From Octopus vulgaris (taxonomy: Eukaryota): DNA of 64,000 nucleotides. Below are positions 13,032 through 27,707 of this stretch, piece by piece (the first letter of the stretch is position 1; each line of letters begins with the position of its first letter). Made by a program: the position numbers and the translations under genes. The stretch spans positions 75,578,001 through 75,642,000 of the forward strand of contig OX597830.1 of NCBI GenBank assembly GCA_951406725.2. The letters run 5' to 3'. The notes under the pieces are model-generated. The model made no database searches. It was given only the letters and a program-made list of their open reading frames with translations, and was not told the DNA's origin.

Positions 13032-13310
13032 GTCGAGTCGCTACTTCTCCGTATCGAGAAGTCAGAGCTTCAGTGCTGCGGACGTGTGATGGAAATGTGA
13101 CAGGAAAGAATCGCAAGATAGACTCGCCAAGCTGAGGCAAGTGACATGAGACCCAAAATTAGACCAAGAACGAACTGGTTCGAGAATATTCATCGTCTCA
13201 GTTTGTTCCGGTTGGGAATCCAACCAGAAGGTCTAGTGATACTTATTTCTAATAGGACTCTATCGAATAAGACCCTGGAACAGAGGGCGAAGAAGATGGA
13301 TGGATGGATA
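13032..13310 (+). mobile_element. RTE-clade LINE 3' end (Expander/Rex3-like), decayed
   Basis: ESLLLRIEKSELQ..RPKIRPRTNW..RLSLFRLGI resembles the RTE C-terminus; ends in a 'gatggatggatgga' tail. Confidence 0.7.
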
Positions 13311-13659
13311 AATAAAATAGTAGAACAACAGAACAGATTAAAAGACAGTAAAATCCAAATGAAAGTTCAAAGTAGAAAGTCCAAACGGAGAGAGAAAACA
13401 CTAGATGGCGTATAATCGGCAAAACTTGATAGGGAGATCAGCGAAAATATTCCTTTAAAAATCTTTTCCTTTAATTTTTCCCAAATTTAATTGTTTTCCA
13501 TACTTAGAATTGAAAAAGTCTCAATGACCGAAACCGGCACTAAAATGTTTTTTATAAAATCACTTTAGCTTTTTTTTTACCTTGACTTTTTTCCATATAT
13601 ATGTATCTGTGTACGCATGTATGTATCTATGTATGTATGTATGTAAGTATTTGTGCATC

Positions 13660-13862
13660 TGTGTTTGTCTCTCCACCATCGCTTAACAACTGATGTTGTG
13701 TTTATGTCCAAGTAAGCTAGCGGTTCGGCAAAAAGAACCGATAAAATACGTACTAAGCTTACAATGAATAAGTCCCTGGCTCAATTTATTTAGCTAAAGG
13801 CGGTGCTCCAGTATGGTCACAGTGAAATGACTGAAACAAGTAAAAGAATAAAAGAATAAAAA
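13660..13862 (+). mobile_element. SINE family A, 3' half
   Basis: Homologous to 133-320. Confidence 0.8.
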
Positions 13863-13885
13863 GTATATATGTCTGTCTGTCTACG

Positions 13886-14412
13886 AAGAAGAAGACGAAG
13901 AAGAAGAAGAAGAAGAAGAAGAAGAAGAAGAAGAAGAAGAAGAAGAAGAAGAAGAAGAAATGAATGAAGAGCACAAAAAAAAACAAAGACAAAAATAAAG
14001 TACATTTGGTGATCATTAAACCGTGACGTTTAATTTACTTTTTTGCAAAAATGGTTGAGTACATTGCGAGCTGGCTGGCTGTTTTGCTGGCTGGCTTCCA
14101 GGCAGGCTAGCTGATCAGCTATTTGGCCGGCACGCTGGCCTTCTTGTTGGACGACTAGCTAACCTAGTAAATCGAATAGCTGTTTGGTTGGCTGGTTAGT
14201 TGGTTGGTTGGATATCGTGCTGGTTGTTGATAACGGTTGTGATGGTGGGCAAATCAACCGATCTGGATGACCCGATAGACTGGATGTTGAATTGAATAGC
14301 TGGAAGAAGAAGAAGAAGAAGAAGAAGAAGAAGAAGAAGAAGAAGAAGAAGAAGAAGAAGAAGAAGAAGAAGAAGAAGAAGAAGAAGAAGAAGAAGAAGA
14401 AGAAGAAGAAGA
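13886..14412. repeat. Two (GAA)n tracts (13886-13958 and 14303-14412) with unique sequence between them
   Basis: Direct inspection. Confidence 0.9.
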
Positions 14413-14873
14413 AAACAGAAAATAATTACGAACAAAGATCTGTGACCACGCTCGTCGTCGGATGGGCAGATCTAGGACGAGACATGACCGAGTGAAAAGC
14501 AGGCTGGGCTGAAAATGGGGTAGATAAGGAAGTGGAGGGGGAATGTAGGGGGTAAATGCAGATATGACGTATAAAGGTGGTAGGAGGAGAAAGTAGTGTG
14601 AGTGAGAGTGTGTGTGTGTGTGGGGGGGGATATCGTAAATTCTTTGTTGTTGCTTGTTTTTTTTATTTTCCATTTTTAGTTTTCTCTGGGAAGTGTTTGG
14701 GGTGTGAAAAGCTTCTCTCTCTCTCCCTCTCTATATTCCCACACACATATATGTGTGTGTGTACATACACATACGTACATGTATATTTATATATGTATGT
14801 AAGTAAGTATATGTGCATGTATGTATGTATGCATACATGTACATATATATGTATATACATATATATATATGAA

Positions 14874-14904
<31 letters not shown>

Positions 14905-15136
14905 GTATATAAATATGCATATATATATGCATGTATGTATGTACACACATACACATATATGTATATATATATACATATACACACACATATATATACAAAT
15001 ATACAACTTATATGCATATAGATATATGCATATAAATGCACATATACACATACATGGATATGCGTGTGGGTGAGAGTTTTTGGTAAACTCCTTGTCATTT
15101 TCTACTCCCACCAAATTCTCTCTCTCCCTCTCTCTT

Positions 15137-15168
<32 letters not shown>

Positions 15169-15319
15169 GTCTCGGCACTCCTGACTCTAATCTATTTCTA
15201 TTTCTCTCTTTCTCTGCATCCCGACCCTGACACCGACCCCTGACGCCCCCCCCCCCACTATCAACCCGCTCTAATCAACCACTACCACCACCACCACCAC
15301 CACCACCACACACACATAC

Positions 15320-15520
15320 ACCGCCTATCCGCGACGCCAACTCTATCAGGAATCGGTGCGCACGATTGAATCGTCTTTTCCGACGAACCCCTGCACCCCA
15401 CCTCACCTACGCCCCCCACCCCCGGTCGCGCTTCGGTGACGCCGGCTGCAAGGCTGCAGCTGCCAACTTGAAGTTCCTTAAGCAATCACATGTGACGACA
15501 AAAATCATACCGTCTACTCC
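15320..15520. promoter_or_regulatory. CpG-rich unique island between microsatellites (candidate regulatory element)
   Basis: High CpG density, E-box-like cagctg and cacatg, no homology to repeats seen elsewhere in the window. Confidence 0.25.
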
Positions 15521-15539
15521 TCCGCCTCCTCTTCCTTCT

Positions 15540-16043
15540 CACCACCACCACCACCACCACCACCACCACCACCACCACCGCCGCCACCACTAACCCACTC
15601 AACTTCATTTCACCCCCTCCCTTCCCCCTGTCCAACCCACTTACATCACTCAACTATAAACTTGTCCTCTCTTTCTTCCACCTTCTGTCTGCTGTGTCGT
15701 TTGTCGTTTGTTTTACTGTCCTCACTCTAATTCAACATCATCATCATCATCATTATCACCGTCATCATCATCGTCATCGTCGTCGTCGTCGTCATCGTTT
15801 TCATCAGCATTACCACAATCATTGTCCTCGACAGTTTCGAAGTTATCGTCGTCGTCGCCATCATCATCATCATCATCATCATCACCATCATCATTAACAT
15901 CATCATTATCATCATTATCATCATCATCATCATTATCATCATCACCATTATCATCATCATCATCATTATCATCCTCATCACCATTATCATCATCATCGTC
16001 ATCATCATCGACGTCATCATCATCATCATCGTCGTCGTCGTCG

Positions 16044-16082
<39 letters not shown>

Positions 16083-17560
16083 CCATCATCATTATCATCA
16101 TCATCACCATTATCATCATTATTATCACCATCATGGCCGTTATCATCATTTTCGTCGTCACCGTAATTATTATTCTCATCGTCGTTGTGGTGGTCCTTGT
16201 CATCATCGAAGTCAACATTGATATCATCGTCATCATCATCATCATTGTTATTCTCTTCATTTTCTTCATCTTGGAAACAACTACCCACCCCTACTAACGC
16301 CACCACGGTCAGTACCACCACCACTACCACTACCACCAGGAATCCACTATCACCACCATCATCACCACCACTATCATCTTCATCTTCATCATCATCATTA
16401 TCATCATTGAGGTAATGATCACCAGTCTCCTCTTCCGCATCATCAATCGTTGTCGCCATTGTTACCGTCGTAGAGAACGCTACTACCAACATCGTTTTCA
16501 TCTTCATTTCTTTCATTTCACAACCACTAGCAGTTACAAAATAAGCACCATCACCACCACCACCACCATCACCACCATCACCACCACCACCAACATCACC
16601 ACCACCATCACCACCACCACCATCACCATCACCACCACCACCACCATCACCACCACCATCACCACCACCACCACCACCACCACCACCACCACCACCACCA
16701 CCACCACCACCACCAACACCACCACCACCACCATCACCACCATCACCACCACCACCATCACCATCACCACCACTACCATCACCACCATCACCACCACTAC
16801 CACCCCATCACCACCATCACCATCACCACCACCATCACCACCACCACCACCACATCACCACCACCACCACCACCATCACCACCACTACCACCATCACCAC
16901 CACCACCACCACCACCACCACCACCACCACCACCACCACCACCACCACCACCACCACCACCACCACCACCACCAACACCACCACCACCACCATCACCACC
17001 ATCACCACCACCACCATCACCATCACCACCACTACCATCACCACCATCACCACCACCACCACCCCATCACCACCATCACCATCACCACCACCATCACCAC
17101 CACCACCACCACATCACCACCACCTCCACCACCATCACCACCACTACCACCATCACCACCACCACCACCACCACCACTACCATCACCACCACCACCACCT
17201 CCACCCCACCATTACCTACAACAACAACAACAACAACAACACCAGCAGCAGGATCATCTTAATCATCACCATAATTATCGTCAGTGTTCCCCATCGCCAT
17301 CGCCAACGGGTGTCATCAACGTCGCAAACGTTTCAATCGTAATCGTCATTACGGCCATCAGCAAAAAGTGCCAACACTACAAATCGTCATAAGCATCTTC
17401 AAATGGCATCATCATCATCATCACTGTTATCCTCATCACCGCCACCACCATCACTAATCACCAGCACTGCCATGACCACCACCACTGCCAATACTTCCAA
17501 CTTCATCATGATCACTATTATCATCATGATCATCATCGCCATCATCATCATCATCATCAT

Positions 17561-17604
<44 letters not shown>

Positions 17605-17830
17605 CCACCATCATCATCATCATCATCATCAACGTCGTCTTCGTCGTCATCATCATCATCATCATCATCATCATTAACCAATATCGCCGTTTCTTGCGCG
17701 TATCCTCCTCAGTGATTTTCTTCCGGTACTCTTTCCTGCTGAAACCACCACCACCACCACCACCACCACATTCATCAGCACCGCCATGACCATCAAATTC
17801 CTCATCATCATCATCATCAGTAACGGCAAC
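15540..17830. repeat. Large (CAT)n/(CAC)n trinucleotide mosaic
   Basis: Direct inspection; source of the poly-His/Thr/Ser ORFs. Confidence 0.92.
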
Positions 17831-17997
17831 ATTATTAACCAATACCGTCGTTTCTTGCACGTGACCTACTCGGTTATGTTTCGTCTGGTACTCTTTCCTG
17901 CCGAAACCACCGCCATTTTTCAATGTGCATTGTTAAATATATGTATATATGTATGTAGATAAATAGATAGATACATAATATACATACATATATACAT

Positions 17998-18133
<136 letters not shown>

Positions 18134-18147
18134 GTGTATATATATAA

Positions 18148-18199
<52 letters not shown>

Positions 18200-18604
18200 T
18201 GTATACAACGGCAAAAGCACTCCAATGCGAAATATAAAATAATATTGTAGCTAGCTGAGAGGATATCACAAACTGTTACGCAAAGTTTCATGTAATCGAT
18301 CACAACACTCTGTGAATTTTTTTCATAATGTTGTCATTTAGAAAACCTTATAAAAAGTGTAGTGATTATTATTTAGTAATACAATCAAAAGATTATTTAA
18401 AGATAATTTGACTAGAGTATTATTTCTATTCCACATAGAGGGAAACTTTTGGATGATATATGACTGACCGTAAAGGAAAAACTTTAGCATGTTGTCATAA
18501 TATGATTACCACAATGCTTTAGAAAATCCGTTATCCATAGCAGTGTTCAAAATAAACTCGACTGTCAGTTTGTCGGTTACGTGAAACTCTGAGTAACTGC
18601 GAAA

Positions 18605-18710
18605 GATCAGCCGATGATCTTGCAAAAAGCAAAGTCGTTAGTTCTTAAACCTGTATAAGACACACACAGACACAGGCACAGACAGACAGACACACACACA
18701 CATACACACA

Positions 18711-18744
<34 letters not shown>

Positions 18745-18820
18745 TATGCGTGTGCGTGTGTGGATCTTATAGAGATTTTAGAACTAGCAACTTTGCATGT
18801 TGCAAGATGAGCGGGTGAAT
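18605..18820. repeat. Imperfect ~55-bp inverted repeat flanking a (CA)n tract (MITE-like)
   Basis: 'atcagccgatgatcttgcaaaaagcaaagtcgttagttcttaaacctgtataaga' versus 'tcttatagagattttagaactagcaactttgcatgttgcaagatgagcgggtgaat'. Confidence 0.7.
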
Positions 18821-18852
18821 CTAGCTTATTATTCTATATATTGCGAACTAGC

Positions 18853-18913
18853 GGACGAGTGTTAGGTACTGAAGAAGGGAAAATACCCTGAAACCATAGT
18901 GGTCTACTTGTCC
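18853..18913 (+). ncRNA. Type I hammerhead ribozyme (complete core, GUC cleavage triplet)
   Basis: ggta-CTGAAGA(18869-75)-AGGG[aaaata]CCCT-GAAA(18890-93)-CCA[tag]TGG-TC(18904)-tact; distal helix I ggacg/tgtcc. Confidence 0.8.
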
Positions 18914-19649
18914 TATCAAATCGGTAGATGGTAGGGATTCGCTCCCCTGCTCGCAGTATATTGGACACAGGCTGTGTCATTAAACAGCTTGAGGTGTTCT
19001 CCTGGGATTAAAAAGTAGTAACGTAGTTCCATACAGAGCAGCCACATTGAAGTAGCAATAAACATGTGTGTGTAAATAAAAAATTGTGGCACAACAAGGC
19101 ACCAATGTTTGCTGGAAATAGCAGTCGATAACCGTACGACGCTATGTAAAGCGTCACTGAATCCATACAGGCAAAGATGTGAGCGGGCGGAGAACATAAA
19201 AAACGTTCGTCTTACCTCAAGGAAGAACAATCTAGAATGAATAACCTAGTATTCAAATTTCAAACTTTCAAAAATACGTTTGTTATCGTAAATTATGCCA
19301 GTGATCTTCAGCTAGATTCACTGAAGACGGATTTTTAAAATATCAGCAACATTAATGCCAGTATATTCGGCCATAAACAGGACCGAGATTAGTGGAAAAA
19401 AGCTTTATAGAAAATTATATCATTGTATTGCATTAATATTTATAATTTGTGTGTGTGTGTATGTGTGTGTGTGTAATAGTGCCTGCCGTAGACGTGGAGC
19501 TGTATATGTGTATTTGTCGTTGCAATCAACAACACCCTCACACTTCAAATACTTATCGTTTTCACTCCTATTTTAGTTGTAGCTGATCTCCGGCAATTTA
19601 TATACCTACATGCCCTCACAAACCACCAGCTACCTCTTCGATGTCGTCG

Positions 19650-19650
19650 C

Positions 19651-19703
<53 letters not shown>

Positions 19704-20460
19704 CCTTCTTCTTCTTCTTCTTCTTTTTCTTCATCTTTTTCTTTTTCTTCTTCTATTACTACTTCTTTCTTTTCTTCTTCTCCTTCGTCCTTCTCCATCA
19801 CCTTCTATCTCCTCCTCCTCCACCTTATTTTCTTCTCCTCCACCTCCTCTTCTTCCTCCTTCTCCACGTTCTTATTCCTCCTCCTTCACCTTCTTATTCC
19901 TCCTCCTCCGCCTTCTTTTTCTTCTTCTTCTACTTCTACTTCTTCTTCTTTTTCATTTTCTTCTCCTTCTTCTTTTTCTTCTTCTTCTTCTCCTTAATCT
20001 TCTTATCATTATTATTATTTTTCTTCTTCGTCCTCCTCCTCCTTCACCTTATCCTTCCTCCTCCTCTTTCACCTTCTTTTCTTCTTCTCCGCCTCCTCTT
20101 CTTCTTCTTCATCGTCCCCACCGACCTTCTTATTTCTCCTCCTCCGCATTTTTCTTCTTCTTCTTCTTCTTCTTCTTCTCCTTCTTCTTTTTCTTCTTCT
20201 TCTTCTCCTTAATCTTCTTATCATTATTATTATTTTTCTTCTTCGTCCTCCTCCTCCTTCACCTTATCCTTCCTCCTCCTCTTTCACCTTCTTTTCTTCT
20301 TCTCCGCCTCCTCTTCTTCTTCTTCATCGTCCCCACCGACCTTCTTATTTCTCCTCCTCCGCATTTTTCTTCTTCTTCTTCTTCTTCTTCTTCTTCTTCT
20401 TCTTCTTCTTCTTCTTCGGCGTCTTCTTCCTCTACGTCCTTCTTACCTCCTTCTTCATCC
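19650..20460. repeat. Pyrimidine-rich (CTT)/(CCT) block containing a 215-bp tandem duplication
   Basis: 'ccttaatcttcttatcatt...ccccaccgaccttcttatttctcctcctccgc' at 19992 and again at 20207. Confidence 0.9.
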
Positions 20461-20567
20461 CATTGTAGTTGGTGAATATAATATCCACGTGTTATAATCG
20501 ATCGTATTATGATTTCATTCCTATTAGCAATTTTTCCATCCAACAAATGACAGTTAATCATGGCGGT

Positions 20568-20598
20568 TTTTTATTTTTATTATTATTATTATTATTAC

Positions 20599-20662
<64 letters not shown>

Positions 20663-20942
20663 GTTATTATTATTATTGTTGTTGTTGTTATTGTTGTTGT
20701 TGTTAGTATTATTTTTGTTGTTGTTTTTGTTGTTATTATTAAAAGATTATTATTATTATTACTCTCATCATTATTATTATCACAATGTTCGTAATAATAT
20801 TAATAATACTATCGTAATTATTGTTATCATTAATATTATTGTTGTTATTGTATTCTATCCTAACCATTATTATTGTTATTGTTATTGTTACTGACGTTGT
20901 TGTTTATATTATCATCATTATTGTTGTATATTTTCTATTGTC

Positions 20943-21030
<88 letters not shown>

Positions 21031-21124
21031 ATCTCTCTAATTATTATTATTGCAACCACCACCATCATCATCACACTCATCATCATCATCATCATCATTA
21101 TCATCATCATCACCATCATAATCT

Positions 21125-21176
<52 letters not shown>

Positions 21177-21195
21177 TATTATTATTATTATTAGT
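20568..21195. repeat. (TTA)n/(TTG)n/(CAT)n microsatellites
   Basis: Direct inspection. Confidence 0.9.
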
Positions 21196-21766
21196 GTTTT
21201 TTCGTTCTTTGTGGTATTGTACAGATTTTTGTTATATATATTTTTTTATTAGTTGTTATTGTTATCTTCGTTGTTGCTCTGGGTATTGTTCTTCTTCTGG
21301 TACCAGAAGTTCCTCTGTAATTGTTAGATATGTTTGTCTATATATAATACATAAATACATGCACGCATAATATATATATATCAATGCGTGCGTGCGCGTG
21401 TGTAAAAGTGTGTAAATTATATAATATTCAAGCAAGCACCCACACACATACAAACACACACACATATACACACATATACACATTCATAATAACTGTTTGA
21501 TGATATATATATATATATTTATTTCTTCATACACACACACACATATATACATATACATATATGTATGTACGTGTATAAGTATATGTATATACATACATAC
21601 ACACACATACGTATATCTTATATATATATATATATATATATATATTAATTCTGCATTTTTGTATATATATTTCTTCATACACATACATATATACATATAC
21701 GCATATGTATGTAGGTGTATAAGTATATGCATATACATACATACATGCATACATGCATACGTATAT

Positions 21767-21812
<46 letters not shown>

Positions 21813-22259
21813 TTTTTGTATTTTTCCTCAACAATTCCTCGACTTTCATAAATTCTCTTGCACTACGTTCACCGCTATCGCTACCACTGCTCCCACCATC
21901 ACCACTACCATAAGCACCACCATTACAACCACCTAGACTATCACAACCACAACCACTAGAAAAAAATCACCAACAGCGCTACCACCACCAACACCACCAC
22001 TACTACCTCCTCTACTACTATCACGCTCCTCCGCCACCAGCGCCACGATTTCCACCACTAACACCATCGCCACCATTCTATACTAGCGCCTTATTTCTCT
22101 GTTTCCATCATTTAATTACATCGCAATACATTCTGTGTCGGAAACAATAATATTAAGTTTGTTTTAACCAGTTCCCTTGTTTTTCGCTTATGACTGTTCG
22201 TCTATCAGTTGCTGAACACATTCTAATTATGGCTGCATAGTTTCATAGCCACAACAATT

Positions 22260-22292
<33 letters not shown>

Positions 22293-22477
22293 GCAGCAGT
22301 ACGAGAACAACGTTAAACAACAACACGCGGAAAATCGCCAGGAGCAATAACGATAACTCGGACAACATTAATTATAGTGATAATGATGACGACGACGGCT
22401 CCGTCGTCATGATGATGGTGATGATGGTGGTGGTGGTGGTGGTGGTGGTGGTTGTAATTATGATGATGATAATATTA

Positions 22478-22855
22478 ACAGTAAATATTCTGCTCAATAC
22501 CACAGATTTGCTTGTCAGTTGCTTGACCATAACTAGTTGAGCATGTCCCTTGGTGGCTGAGGATATGTGCATCTCTGATCACGAGCAGAAGTAGTGGGAA
22601 AGCATCATAACCGTGTGTTGAGAGGAATTTTTTTTGAGTTTGAATAATTCACCTCGGGAAACATGGGTGTTTCGTTCAATATTCTTAAAAGCCCTTATTC
22701 AGGGATCCTTTGGGCGGGATGGGCTACTCGACTTGAAGAAAATTCTAACTAGGGCCCCTACCTGCAAGGTCATGCGCTGTTTATCTTGATATGATGATGA
22801 TCACCAAGTCGCACACATATGGTTGTGATTCATATGCCTGGTATATTTCCCTTCG

Positions 22856-22856
<1 letters not shown>
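22478..22856. mobile_element. Unclassified interspersed-repeat-like block abutting (TAA)n, possibly a LINE 5' region
   Basis: Complex, higher-GC block with sharp edges inside simple repeats; no second copy in the window. Confidence 0.35.
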
Positions 22857-22902
<46 letters not shown>

Positions 22903-22973
22903 TTCTAATAATATTGATAATAATAATAATAATAATAATAATGATGATAATGATAATAATAATAACAATAATG

Positions 22974-24130
<1,157 letters not shown>

Positions 24131-24394
24131 AGAAAGAGCTGTAATTTCAGAATGAATTAGAGGAGCAAGTATAGATTTAAGAAAACTAGTAAGAATAATA
24201 TCATAAATTTTCACCCAGTAGTAGTAGTAGCAGCAGCAGCAACAATATTCAAGAATCAATCCACAAATAACAGCATCAACATTGACAGCCACCCACAAAA
24301 CTAGAACTATGACAACACCTGCAATTGCAGCAGCAAGAATAACAACAACAACAACAACAATAAAAGGCACCCAATAACGTTGCCAGAATTAATC

Positions 24395-24830
24395 CTTTGT
24401 ACTGAAGGTACAAGGCATGAAATTTTAGAGGAGGGGACTAATGGATTACAATATTTTACTGGTACTTAATTTATCGACCCCAAAATGTTAAGTCGAACTC
24501 GGCGGAATTTGAACTCAGAACGTAAAGACGGACGAAATGCTGCTGAGCAATTTTGCCCGGTGCGGTGACGGTTCTGCCAGCTTGCCTCCTTGCTCAATGC
24601 CGTAATTTATACTAATAATAAATAGAACAACAACTACCACAATAATATTGGTTTCAAATTTTGGCACAAGTCCATCAAGTCGATTACATTGACTACACTG
24701 TTCAACTGGCACTTATTTTATCGACTCCGAAATGATAAAAGCCAAAGTCGACCAAGGCGTAATTTGAACTTGAAACGGGACGAAATACCTAAGCATTTCA
24801 CCCGGCGTGCTAACGATTCCGCCCTGCCTG
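24395..24830 (-). mobile_element. Two adjacent SINE family B copies
   Basis: 'ctcggcggaatttgaactcagaacgtaaagac...ttctgccagcttgcc' and a second degenerate copy at about 24650-24830. Confidence 0.75.
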
Positions 24831-24907
24831 CTGGCCGAACCACCACAATAATACTGACAGGTTGGGCAACAAGAACAAAACTATGACAACATCATTTAGA
24901 ACAAATA

Positions 24908-25126
24908 CTTTTTTTATTCTTTTACTTGTTTCAGTGATTTGACTGCGGCCATGAGGGAGCACCGCCTTTAGTCGAGCAAATCGACCACAGGACTTATTCT
25001 TTGGAAGCCTAGTACTTGTTCTACTGGTCTCTTTTGCGGAACCGCTAAGTTACGGGGACTTAAACACGCCACCATCGGTTGTCAAGCGATGTTGGGGGGG
25101 GGGGACAAACACAGACACACAAACAT

Positions 25127-25210
<84 letters not shown>

Positions 25211-25373
25211 ACATATATACGACGCGCTTCTTTCAGTTTCCGTCTACCAAATCCACTTACAAGGTTTTAGTCGGGCTGAAGCTATAGTAGAAGACACTTG
25301 CGCAATGGAAATGAACCCGGAACCATATGGTTGGTAAGCAAGTTACTTACCACACTGCCACTCCTGCACCTAT
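24908..25373 (-). mobile_element. Full-length SINE family A with internal (CA)/(TA) expansion
   Basis: The reverse strand begins 'ggtgcaggagtggcagtgtggtaagtaacttgcttaccaacc..ggttccgggttca' (A/B-box-like head). Confidence 0.88.
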
Positions 25374-25839
25374 GTAGTACATTTAGAAATATACTTTTAC
25401 CACTATAAATAGTATCGAGTATTGGTGCCCTAATAGAAAATGCATATTTTTTTTTTAAATTTCATGGTACTTATACAATATAATGTTAATAATTCTCGAA
25501 ACGCCAATATTTATTAAATTAATTATTAAATTCATTAATTTAAAATTTAATTTAAAAACAAAATTCTCACTTTTATATTTGCAAAAAAAAATATGTTATC
25601 ATTAACCAAACTAGTGATTAATTATCAATTAATCGCACATGTAAATTATGAATTCCATATTAAGTAGCGAGGTGCGTTTAGCGTGACCAAGCCACTATCT
25701 CTTGTGATATTAGTATTCTGGTTGCATAGTTTCATAACACCAACAACATCAATGACAAAAATAATAACAATAATAGAAACAGCAGTAAAGCAGCAACAAT
25801 AACAATAATATCACCTTTTAAATAAGTATTAATCCAAAG

Positions 25840-26500
25840 GTAGTGAGCCTGCAGTGTCGTTAGCGTGTCAAAACGGCTTAGTATTTCTTTCTGGTCCTTT
25901 ACATTCTGAGTTTCATTACTTTCGTGGTCGACTCTTCTTTTATTCTTTCGGAGTCGATAAAATATCGTAGCAGTCAAGCACTTAGCTCGGTACCATTGAC
26001 TATCCTCTTCGTCCTAAATTGCTGGTTTTGTGCCAAAAAATTGAAACAATATTGGTAATACGCTAAGACAGCATGATGTCAGAATCGTTACCACGTTGAA
26101 TGAAATATAATTACACCTAACTAGCCCTACGCCGTCAAATGTGATGGCTAATTGAAGTATTTTATACATAAATAAGATACAAAATATAATAATAACAGAT
26201 ACAAACATTCACATATTTCCCTTGTACACGCACACACATACAAACATATACTGACACGTAGTTGAAACGCTGTTTGATTTTTCTTTTCAGTGTTGAATGT
26301 TCACCATTCCACTTCCATTTTTTACCAACCCTTCCTTTCTCGTGCTTATATTGTGACGAAGAAATACACATGAGTATTATTATAGTAGATTCTTCCAGAT
26401 TTTGCGTTCTGAGTTCAAAAACTAGCGGAGTCAGCTTTGAGTTCCATCGTTGGGGATTGATAAAATAAAGTACCAATCAAGTACTGGAGTAGATTTAATA
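25840..26500 (+). mobile_element. Two degenerate SINE family B fragments (25840-26050 and 26395-26500)
   Basis: 'tttacattctgagttt', 'gcgttctgagttcaaa' and 'gataaaataaagtacc'. Confidence 0.55.
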
Positions 26501-26560
26501 AAACAGACGGACAGACATACAAGCAACCAGGCAGATAGATAGATAGATATATCTATATAT

Positions 26561-26651
<91 letters not shown>

Positions 26652-26658
26652 GAGAGAC

Positions 26659-26744
<86 letters not shown>

Positions 26745-27419
26745 TGAAAAATAGATAGATGGACAAATAGTTAGAAATGTCTAACAATGCATGTTGTACA
26801 CAAAGTGTAACGAATGGAATGAATCCTTGCTGTCTTACAGAATTTCATTGCCAATAAATTTACGGATTTCAATCTACTGAACTCATCCTTGTTCTACCAG
26901 CTTCCGTACAGTTTCATTCTACGAAATTCTCCTCTACACTATATAAAATACTCATTGATGTAATTTGTTGCTCCGATGACTCGAAACCAGTACCACGTGC
27001 TTTGAATCCAAACTTGTTAAACACACGTGTAAGCTTTACGCCTACGTGTATATTATCTCCTATGACATATCCTTGTTGTTATTTCTTCATTAACGCTTTT
27101 CACATCAGAGCAAAGACGTTAAGCCGTACCCCTATCTTCTCCAACACCTTACCCCCCCCCCCATACCCACCCATATATAGCCATTATTTTATAGGTTTCA
27201 TCGTTCAATATCCACGTTATGTATACCTTTGTTGTGTTTGATATTGCTATTGTAGATGATGATTATACGACTAGATCTTTCTTTTGACGCTTTTGATATT
27301 CAAGTAAGTGTTCATGTTATTGTTCATGTTCTTGTTCTTCTTCATGGCGTTATTGTTGTTGCAATTATTGTCGTTATTGTTTTTGTTCTTTTTTTTGTCA
27401 TATATATAGCTGTATTTTT

Positions 27420-27445
27420 ATGCGTATGAATAAACATAAATACAT

Positions 27446-27481
<36 letters not shown>

Positions 27482-27529
27482 TTATGTAGATACATGTACA
27501 TATATCAATATAAGTATATACATACATAC

Positions 27530-27577
<48 letters not shown>

Positions 27578-27657
27578 TACTGTTGCTATCGTGGTTATTG
27601 TTCTCCCTCTATATTTTTGTATTTGATATTTTCATGTTTGCATTGTTAGCATGCATG

Positions 27658-27707
<50 letters not shown>

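Noticed and set aside
16415-17392. 325-aa Thr/His/Pro-rich ORF resembling a mucin or His-rich protein
   Set aside because: Almost entirely (CAC)n and open in several frames on both strands.
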